Below, piece after piece: positions 26,862-33,565 of a stretch of DNA of 33,751 bases. The stretch's first letter is position 1. Every line of letters starts with the position of its first letter. A program made the translations under genes and the position numbers. The notes under the pieces were generated by a model. The model worked only from the letters and a program-made list of their open reading frames with translations. It ran no database searches and was not told where the DNA came from. This DNA comes from a virus (lineage: Duplodnaviria; Caudoviricetes): IMG/VR virus record IMGVR_UViG_3300032253_000026, positions 1-33,751 of that record, one strand, 5' to 3'.

Positions 26862-27914
26862 ATGGATGAACAAAGAGCGCAACAGATAAAGAATACAGTT
26901 ACTAAAAGTCAAAGCCGAATTACTTTTGATGCTGTTATGGCTGATGGTGTTAATACTATGCCTTATTTTGATTCAACTACACAAGGGGGAGCTTATCAAG
27001 CTGAAAATCCCCCTACTAACTATAATAAAAACGTAGGCACAAGAATTTCTGTTGGAACAACCCCCGCTACAATCTCCTCATCTCAACACGTTATAGCAAG
27101 GGTTGGAGATGTCGTATATCAGCTAAACGGAACCACTACTGATTTTAGCAGTTATGACTTAGCTACAGAAGGTTGGACTTTAAGAACTTCATGCCCCGTA
27201 GCAATGGCTTACTGTTCCCCTATTGTAAGCGGAACAGATATTTTATTTCTTACGTATCACAATGGAACTACTCATGTAACCGATGCGCCTTATAAATACG
27301 ATACAGTAGGTCATTCATGGACTCCACTAACAACACCAACAACACCCCCCGCATCGGCTATTCTTTACGTGTGGGAAGTAGACCCTGATAACCCTGATAA
27401 GGTTTACGGTTTACAAGCCTCTTCAACTAATACATTTATCTACACCAAATCTACGAACACATATACGACAGGTATAGCCTTAACTGAAACGTTTGTGGCA
27501 AATTCCATTGTCATTCATGGCGGTTACATATATTATCTAGTTTCCACAGTTGGTTTAGTAAGGTATAAAATATCAGATGGTAGTTCAGAGTTTATTTCTT
27601 ATATGTATAGTACGACACAATCATACAGTGCAACGCTATTTCTCGATGGTGATATGTTATACGCTTCCTCTCACGGTAACGCTGTTCCAAAAGTTATCAA
27701 CTTAACCACATATATTGAGCAATACGCTTTCTTTGGAGAATCACGAGGACTAGCATCATCTACCGTAGCTAAGAGCGTATTTAGATATGGAAATTACCTA
27801 TACAGTTTTAACCCTATCTATATTTACACTAGGGTGGCTGTGAGCAATAACTCAAATGAGATATTGAGGTATGACATGACATTTCCACACTTCTACAATT
27901 TACACAAAGGTTAA
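26862..27914 (+). CDS. Kelch-like beta-propeller, putative receptor-binding protein
   Basis: Repeated YDxxxxxW blades (SYDLATEGW, KYDTVGHSW), Y/T/S-rich. Confidence 0.6.
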   Translation: MDEQRAQQIKNTVTKSQSRITFDAVMADGVNTMPYFDSTTQGGAYQAENPPTNYNKNVGTRISVGTTPATISSSQHVIARVGDVVYQLNGTTTDFSSYDLATEGWTLRTSCPVAMAYCSPIVSGTDILFLTYHNGTTHVTDAPYKYDTVGHSWTPLTTPTTPPASAILYVWEVDPDNPDKVYGLQASSTNTFIYTKSTNTYTTGIALTETFVANSIVIHGGYIYYLVSTVGLVRYKISDGSSEFISYMYSTTQSYSATLFLDGDMLYASSHGNAVPKVINLTTYIEQYAFFGESRGLASSTVAKSVFRYGNYLYSFNPIYIYTRVAVSNNSNEILRYDMTFPHFYNLHKG

Positions 27915-27917
27915 AAA

Positions 27918-28361
27918 ATGACTTATATAGTACAAGGAACACAAGTAATACACTCTAACGGTTTTAAAATGGAATGTGGCGACACTGCAACAGCACAAGC
28001 CAAAGCGGAACAGATGAATAATCCCCCGTTTGATCTAGCAACAGCAATAAAAACAAAGATTGTTGAAAACAGAGATACAGCACAAGCCAAAATAGATACG
28101 GCTTTTGAAACATTCGCACAATTCGAGATAGATACATTTCCTATGCAAGAAAGAGATTATGATGCCTATACCTTAGACCCTTTATCACCGACACCTTACG
28201 TAGATGGAATCTTGCTAGACGGTGAAACAAAAGCCGAACTAATGGGAAGAATAGGAGGGAACATAGCCTATGTTAAATCTATTCAAAAACAGATGCGCCA
28301 GAACTCTAAAGATATTCAAGCTTGTACGACACAAGCACAATTAGATGCGATCATACTCTAA
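27918..28361 (+). CDS. Tail fibre assembly-like protein
   Basis: EIDTFPMQE, TPYVD, IQACTTQAQLDAI C-terminus. Confidence 0.65.
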   Translation: MTYIVQGTQVIHSNGFKMECGDTATAQAKAEQMNNPPFDLATAIKTKIVENRDTAQAKIDTAFETFAQFEIDTFPMQERDYDAYTLDPLSPTPYVDGILLDGETKAELMGRIGGNIAYVKSIQKQMRQNSKDIQACTTQAQLDAIIL

Positions 28362-29023
28362 TGTATAAATATCTTAGATATGTTCTAGTATTAGCCTTTA
28401 CGCTCATACGAAAAGTATTAGGCTTATTCTGGTTTATTCTAGCCGTACCCTTTAGAAGATATGCACGAAACAGAGTATATAACTACGTCCTAAAAAATGA
28501 TATTTATTTACCCAGACTTATAGAAAGACCGATTACCGAAACAGAAACCGAATATAAAATAGCACCGTATCACGATACAACGGGCGGTTATATCAAAAAA
28601 CGCTATGTATCATGGTTAGAGTATCAGTTAGCCTATTGGTTGATCTGGGGTTGGTTAGATGATGATTCATATTGCGATACGACTTCAAAAGTATTTATGT
28701 ATGAACACCTAGACGATAGACGAGGGCAAGACCTAGTAAGTGATAAAAAACTTTTAAAGTGCCTTGAAAAGTGCAAGGGTAACTCTTTTGATAAAGGGGA
28801 TGCTTTAGAGTCTAATTTCTGTCCTATTATGTCTATAAAATGGAACATAAGAAACACAGCATATAACTTTAAATATAAACAGTGGGAAGAGAACAGAAAA
28901 TCAATGCTTTTTTATAAGGTACTCTTTGGGTATGGCTTTGGTTATCTTCCTACCAAAGAGAGCGAATACGGAGCAAAAAAAGGTAGATTAGTTTTTATGT
29001 ATAAGTACGAAGATGGAAAATAA
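28361..29023 (+). CDS. Membrane-associated hypothetical phage protein
   Basis: TAATG coupling at 28361; hydrophobic N-terminus; WLDDD and WNIRNTAYNF motifs. Confidence 0.7.
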   Translation: MYKYLRYVLVLAFTLIRKVLGLFWFILAVPFRRYARNRVYNYVLKNDIYLPRLIERPITETETEYKIAPYHDTTGGYIKKRYVSWLEYQLAYWLIWGWLDDDSYCDTTSKVFMYEHLDDRRGQDLVSDKKLLKCLEKCKGNSFDKGDALESNFCPIMSIKWNIRNTAYNFKYKQWEENRKSMLFYKVLFGYGFGYLPTKESEYGAKKGRLVFMYKYEDGK

Positions 29024-29264
29024 AGAAGATCATTGTAGCTACTTCCCTGAAAAGTGGGCGGTATGGGTGTCACCTTTCAAGTGGCAGATACAAGATATTA
29101 GCGATTGTTGTAAAAAACATGATGAGTCTTGCAGTACACACGTTTTTATTTTGTGTCTTTGGAAGCGTAAAGCAGTAGGAGCTTATCTAATTATGTTAGG
29201 CGGTTTATTAGGGTGTTTAGTTAAATATCCTAGAAAGATAATAAAAAAAATGTTAGGGGTTTGA
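29013..29264 (+). CDS. Small Cys-rich protein with CCxxHD (phospholipase A2-like) motif
   Basis: HCSYFPE...DCCKKHDESC; C-terminal hydrophobic segment. Confidence 0.6.
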   Translation: MENKEDHCSYFPEKWAVWVSPFKWQIQDISDCCKKHDESCSTHVFILCLWKRKAVGAYLIMLGGLLGCLVKYPRKIIKKMLGV

Positions 29265-29265
29265 T

Positions 29266-29712
29266 ATGAGTTTTTTAAGTAATCTGCTTTCTAGTAGCTT
29301 AGGAAGTGTCGTAAAATCGACTGGAAATGCTATTGATAAAATCGTTACAAGTGATGAGGAACGACTTGTTTTAAAAAACAAGCTCAAAGAGATAGAGAAC
29401 GCTCAACAAGTAGCGTTTATGAAAGATTCGATGGAGAACGAAAAGGAGATAACAAAACGCTGGTTATCAGATAATGAAAACATAGTTACAAGGCTGGTAA
29501 GACCTATTAGCTACTCGATTATGATGATCTTATTTATATCTATCGTGCTTGCTGATGGAAACATAGGAGAATTTCACGTTAGAGAAGCTTACATTCCCGT
29601 TATCGAAGCTCTGTTAATAACTATGACGTTTGCATACTTTGGCTCTAGGGGAGCAGAGAAAATAACAAAGATTTTAGGCACAAAGAAAACACCAGAACAG
29701 CGGAATTTGTGA
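29266..29712 (+). CDS. Holin (3TM/GTA-type family)
   Basis: IDKIVTSDEER, VRP, two TM segments, YFGSRGAEK. Confidence 0.85.
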   Translation: MSFLSNLLSSSLGSVVKSTGNAIDKIVTSDEERLVLKNKLKEIENAQQVAFMKDSMENEKEITKRWLSDNENIVTRLVRPISYSIMMILFISIVLADGNIGEFHVREAYIPVIEALLITMTFAYFGSRGAEKITKILGTKKTPEQRNL

Positions 29713-29757
29713 ACGCTAAAAAATGATAAAATTATACAATTCAAAGAAGGCGAAAAA

Positions 29758-30186
29758 ATGTCATTGACAGCAGAAGAAATTAACCTTAAAGACTCTCAAA
29801 TAAGACAACTTCCAACCATTCAAGGGCTTAAGCAATCCGAAGAAAAAATATTTCACGAATTAGAAGTATTAGAACACGGACAGCAGAGCATCAATGGAAG
29901 GCTTGACAGAGGATCAGAACGTATGGACGGAATAGAGGACGAATTGAAAGACTTAAAAGGGCTTATGTTCAAATATTCAGAACGGGCAGAAGCGAGACAT
30001 ACAGAGATTAAAAACGAGATCAAAAACAAAGAGATACAGGAGCTAAGAGGCGACCTTGCTTTAAGGCAAAAAGAGGACGACAAGAAATCGGCTTTTAAAT
30101 CCGGTTTATATATCGGGCTTTCAGTTCTTGCAGTAGGTACTATTATCTCTGTATTGGGCTATCTTATCATAAAAGCTTATGGCTAG
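29758..30186 (+). CDS. Coiled-coil protein with C-terminal TM (lysis module)
   Basis: RLDRGSERMDGIE coiled coil plus hydrophobic C-terminus; TGATAAAAT promoter at 29724-29732. Confidence 0.7.
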   Translation: MSLTAEEINLKDSQIRQLPTIQGLKQSEEKIFHELEVLEHGQQSINGRLDRGSERMDGIEDELKDLKGLMFKYSERAEARHTEIKNEIKNKEIQELRGDLALRQKEDDKKSAFKSGLYIGLSVLAVGTIISVLGYLIIKAYG

Positions 30187-30319
30187 TCTTAGTCAAGAAG
30201 AGAAGGAAGCCTTATTAACTTGCGAGTTATGGGAGTCTTATAAAATGACAAAATGGCATAAAATCCTAATACTTCTTGCTTTTTATTCTATAATTGAATA
30301 TCTTACACTAAAGGCTTAA
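30179..30319 (+). CDS. Small hypothetical membrane protein (46 aa)
   Basis: Fills the gap before the endolysin; ILILLAFYSII. Confidence 0.4.
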   Translation: MASLSQEEKEALLTCELWESYKMTKWHKILILLAFYSIIEYLTLKA

Positions 30320-30320
30320 A

Positions 30321-30878
30321 ATGGCAAACATTAAACCGGCTTTTGAAATACTTCAAAAACTAGAATACAACAACCCTTCAAACTTCCTTCACAAAAACAA
30401 AGGAGAGGACGGCTTAACCGTAGGCGGAATATATCAAGTTGCGCACCCTCATTGGTACGGATGGAGTATAGTTAAAGCTTCACTTGCAAGAAATAACGAC
30501 AATATGGCACTTGCAAGCATAGAACTACACGCTAACGGAGCTTTTATAAGCTTAGTCGAGCTTTTCTATAAAGAGAACTATTTTAACCGCTTGAAGCTTA
30601 ATTTCCTACACAGTCAGAACACAGCAAACGAGATATTTTTATTCGCAGTAAATAGCGGATCAAAAAACGCAGTACGAAAAGCTCAAAAGCTAGTCGGTGC
30701 AACGGAGGACGGAATTTTAGGAAGTCAAACTATCGAAGCTTTAAACAATTACGACGAAGAGTTATTCGATATGCAATTTGACGAACTAGAATTAAAGTTC
30801 TATGATGATCTTATTAAGAAAAAACCCTCTTTCGCAATGTTCCGCAATGGATGGAAAAAACGTGCTAAATTTTGTTAG
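30321..30878 (+). CDS. Endolysin, glycoside hydrolase family 108 with PG-binding domain
   Basis: LE...LHKNKGE..TVGGI, FYKENY, FLFAVNSG, DGILGSQT, FRNGWKKR. Confidence 0.88.
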   Translation: MANIKPAFEILQKLEYNNPSNFLHKNKGEDGLTVGGIYQVAHPHWYGWSIVKASLARNNDNMALASIELHANGAFISLVELFYKENYFNRLKLNFLHSQNTANEIFLFAVNSGSKNAVRKAQKLVGATEDGILGSQTIEALNNYDEELFDMQFDELELKFYDDLIKKKPSFAMFRNGWKKRAKFC

Positions 30879-30889
30879 GAGAGTGATAA

Positions 30890-31609
30890 ATGGATAAAAA
30901 TATTCTCATTAAAGGGAGCATCTATAAATGTTTTATCTTTATGGATGAAATAGACCCGTATTACACAGAGAAAGGCAAAAGAATAAGGGTATGTAGAGCT
31001 AAGTGCTTACATTGTGGATCAATAGAAAAGAAGTCCATATACTCTTTGATGAGTTCTCGTCCACAAGTTAGTTGTGGGTGCATGACTAAAGAGATTACGT
31101 CTATTAAAAATAAAAAACACGGAGATAGATACACAAGACTTTATAAAATATGGTGCGGAATAAAATATAGAACTCTAAGTAATCATACCGTAGCCACAAA
31201 AAATTACAAATCTAAGGGTGTAGGAGTTTCTAAAGATTGGATGGAGTATTATAACTTTAAAGCATGGGCATTAAGCAATGGCTATACGGATGATTTATCA
31301 ATAGATAGAATTAACCCTTATGGAGATTACGAAGCTTCAAATTGCAGATGGGCAAATAGAGAGGTTCAAGGGGCAAATAAAAGAAGGATAAACACAAGAA
31401 ATACAAGCGGTTACCTAGGTGTTACTTATGACACTAAATCAGGGAAATGGGTATCTCAAATAGAATTTAAAACCAATGGAAAAAGAAAGAATGTTAAGCT
31501 AGGAAGATTTAAAGATCCGATAGAAGGTGCTTACAAAAGGGATAAATACATAGAAAAAAACAACCTTCCACATACGAAAAATTTTAAACTTGTAGTCATA
31601 AATGTATAG
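30890..31609 (+). CDS. HNH-AP2 homing endonuclease
   Basis: SCGC, HG, LYKIW, LSIDRINPYGDYEASNCRWA, NTSGYLGV + AP2 (LGRFKDPIEGA). Confidence 0.9.
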   Translation: MDKNILIKGSIYKCFIFMDEIDPYYTEKGKRIRVCRAKCLHCGSIEKKSIYSLMSSRPQVSCGCMTKEITSIKNKKHGDRYTRLYKIWCGIKYRTLSNHTVATKNYKSKGVGVSKDWMEYYNFKAWALSNGYTDDLSIDRINPYGDYEASNCRWANREVQGANKRRINTRNTSGYLGVTYDTKSGKWVSQIEFKTNGKRKNVKLGRFKDPIEGAYKRDKYIEKNNLPHTKNFKLVVINV

Positions 31610-31754
31610 CAACGGGCACTTTATAGCCTTATTGCTATTGTTATTCATAATTATTACCTCGACTACATTTTTAATAGCTATCAACATCAAACCTAATAAG
31701 CAAGCAGTAGATACAATCGTATCTCATTACGTTCTAGACCCTTCAATAAAATAA
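31602..31754 (+). CDS. Small single-TM protein (50 aa; possible lysis accessory)
   Basis: FIALLLLLFIIITSTTFLIAI. Confidence 0.5.
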   Translation: MYSNGHFIALLLLLFIIITSTTFLIAINIKPNKQAVDTIVSHYVLDPSIK

Positions 31755-31770
31755 ATACATACTACATACT

Positions 31771-31836
31771 TTAATAATTCTATAAGCTGAAATAGCTTAT
31801 ACTTTCTTTAACACATCAAAGAGAGGTCACACAATG
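31771..31836 (+). promoter_or_regulatory. Early-type promoter with overlapping palindrome and conserved RBS
   Basis: TTAATA-N21-TATACT (31798-31803); palindrome TATAAGCT-N5-AGCTTATA (31781-31801); CATCAAAGAGAGGTC. Confidence 0.6.
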
Positions 31837-32082
31837 AGTTATGAAACAAACGTAAACACTTACTTAGGAAGTCAAGACGAAAGAGGTCAAGACATAGACT
31901 ATGCTTTTGAAGCAGTAGAAGCAGAACTTACAAACGAACTTACAAAAGCGGAATGCATAGAGGACGTTTACGAGGACTTACACCATTCACTTGATGTAAT
32001 AATCGAAGAAAAACACCTATGTATCGAAGCGGACGACGTAATCCCTTACTTTATCCCTGTTTATGGACTAAAAGAGGCTTAA
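31834..32082 (+). CDS. Highly acidic hypothetical protein
   Basis: 82 aa, about 21 D/E versus 4 K/R by manual count. Confidence 0.75.
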   Translation: MSYETNVNTYLGSQDERGQDIDYAFEAVEAELTNELTKAECIEDVYEDLHHSLDVIIEEKHLCIEADDVIPYFIPVYGLKEA

Positions 32083-32103
32083 CCGCCTCAAAAAAGGAAA
32101 AAT

Positions 32104-32376
32104 ATGAATTTCACAAGATTAGATTTACCTATTACAAGCGGAGGTATGATTAACTTCATAACAGCAAATTGCGAAAAACTAGAAGATAGACATATCAGTA
32201 ATAATATATACGGGGTTTATTCAACAGCAGACGCAAAACAAGTTATACAAAAGAAGATAGACAAATACAAGGACGAAAACAGAATGCAGCCACACGTTAA
32301 AAAGTGGAAAGTATATAAACAGATATTGGAAAAAATGGAGAAAGAACATGAAAAGGATAATCGTAAAAGTAGCTGA
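32104..32376 (+). CDS. Hypothetical protein
   Basis: 90 aa, AAGGA RBS. Confidence 0.7.
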   Translation: MNFTRLDLPITSGGMINFITANCEKLEDRHISNNIYGVYSTADAKQVIQKKIDKYKDENRMQPHVKKWKVYKQILEKMEKEHEKDNRKSS

Positions 32377-32515
32377 TAGCAACGCATACCGGCTACCAAG
32401 TAAAGCGGATTTTAAGAAGTGCTTAGAAGAGAAAAAAGGCTATTATGATGAGGTCAAAATTAAATCATATAGTCATGTAAGATCAAAAAGGTTAAATGAT
32501 GGATTTATACAATAG
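32348..32515 (+). CDS. Small basic hypothetical protein (55 aa)
   Basis: GGAG RBS; MKRIIVKVADSNAYRLPSK... Confidence 0.5.
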   Translation: MKRIIVKVADSNAYRLPSKADFKKCLEEKKGYYDEVKIKSYSHVRSKRLNDGFIQ

Positions 32516-32969
32516 AGCATTTGAAGGTCATAAAATGCAAAAAGGACACGCGGACAGGAATAAGGAGTCTATAAAGGCAGTTCACGAAGCGAAAACGCTT
32601 CTATTTAAAGAATTGGGTATTGAAGAAATGGAAGCTTTCGAGCTTAATTACTTTCCTTCTCTTAAAGAGCGTGAAGCGTTATCTGTTTTAATTAACTATG
32701 CAACAACACCGCAGGAGTTCAGCGAGGCATTTAAACGTGCGAAAATCTTTAGAATGATACCGCAGGACAGCGATCACGCTTGCAGTTCCGACGTATCACG
32801 CTTGCACGCTACATTAGACGACTTTCAAAAAATCTTTCAGATGGCAATACACCCGAACAGCGAAGAGGGTACGATGATCTCTATAAACGAAAAAGAAATG
32901 CTTATGAATGTACTTAATAAGCTTGTATGGGATATTCAAAAAGTTCATTCGTGTTTCTCTAAAGAGTAG
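32496..32969 (+). CDS. Hypothetical protein, weak resemblance to CII-like phage regulators
   Basis: 157 aa; C-terminal A..PNS..G..I...E pattern only. Confidence 0.6.
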   Translation: MMDLYNRAFEGHKMQKGHADRNKESIKAVHEAKTLLFKELGIEEMEAFELNYFPSLKEREALSVLINYATTPQEFSEAFKRAKIFRMIPQDSDHACSSDVSRLHATLDDFQKIFQMAIHPNSEEGTMISINEKEMLMNVLNKLVWDIQKVHSCFSKE

Positions 32970-32976
32970 TTTCTTT

Positions 32977-32998
32977 GAGTACCTTTCGAGGTACTTTA
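32977..32998 (+). terminator. Intrinsic terminator-like hairpin
   Basis: GAGTACCT-TTCG-AGGTACTT + T. Confidence 0.65.
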
Positions 32999-33034
32999 CA
33001 GAGTCTTAGACTCAAATTTTAAAAAGGTGGTTAA

Positions 33035-33268
33035 ATGTCACATATCAAAGCAAAGCGATTTAAGTATCAAATCGAGGTAGAGGCTAGTATCGATGGCGAT
33101 AATTCAAAGCTGCAAGAAGTAGCGGAAGCGATCAGACAAGGCGCAGAAGTTAATATTATCGATATTGACGGAGTAAACAACGTGGAAGTAAACTTATCAA
33201 AAGTAACTAAGTTTGTTGAAGAGGATATTAATATCTTTGACGACAATAATACGCTTGATCTAGTTTAG
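33035..33268 (+). CDS. Acidic hypothetical protein
   Basis: 77 aa, AAGGTGG RBS. Confidence 0.7.
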   Translation: MSHIKAKRFKYQIEVEASIDGDNSKLQEVAEAIRQGAEVNIIDIDGVNNVEVNLSKVTKFVEEDINIFDDNNTLDLV

Positions 33269-33399
33269 GCTTAAGGTGCGCCCTGTATGGTGGGCGCAAC
33301 AATGGAGTAAGTACGTAAAGGATAGACTTCAAGTGATGCAAAAGGAAAAAGAGGTCAATCAAAAACCTTAAGCAATATGTGAGCGTTCTTAAGAACGAT

Positions 33400-33432
33400 G
33401 TAAGTATATCATAATTTTTTATTTGTTATAAT
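33400..33432 (+). promoter_or_regulatory. Sigma70 promoter
   Basis: GTAAGT (33400-33405)-N21-TATAAT (33427-33432) with TGn extension. Confidence 0.65.
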
Positions 33433-33438
33433 TTTTTC

Positions 33439-33521
33439 GAGCTTTTAATAAGTAGCGGTTTCTGTCATGCTTCCGCTACATATTAAGGGCTTATCTTAAT
33501 GATGGGTTTAAAAGCATGACA
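33439..33521 (+). ncRNA. Putative structured leader RNA B (hairpin with loop-downstream pairing)
   Basis: GAGCTTTTAATA-A-GTAGCGG / CCGCTAC-A-TATTAAGGGCTT stem; loop TGTCATGCTT complementary to AAGCATGACA (33512-33521). Confidence 0.6.
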
Positions 33522-33565
33522 ACTTTTTTAACTTCCCTTAAATTTATTATTGTCGAAAGAAAAAA

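Noticed and set aside
27005-27355. Poly-C tracts in the putative receptor-binding gene as phase-variation sites
   Set aside because: Runs are only 5-6 C, shorter than typical Campylobacterota contingency tracts, and the frame is intact.
1360-28360. Longer upstream starts given in the ORF track (1360, 3088, 4763, 6358, 7627, 28322)
   Set aside because: Downstream ATGs (1393, 3103, 4784, 6382, 7723, 28361) have better RBSs or stop/start coupling and avoid long overlaps.
26193-28361. Diversity-generating retroelement or invertible fibre cassette (prompted by the BPP-1-like capsid)
   Set aside because: No reverse transcriptase, TR/VR repeat pair, invertase or inverted gene copies seen in the window.
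336-32399. All minus-strand ORFs in the track (e.g. 5348-5647, 6897-7208, 10975-11277, 21646-22104)
   Set aside because: They lie antisense to well-supported + strand genes, have low-complexity S/F/L-rich translations and lack RBSs; treated as shadow ORFs.
33269-33373. Hammerhead or other self-cleaving ribozyme
   Set aside because: The conserved CUGANGA core is absent; kept only as an unspecified structure.
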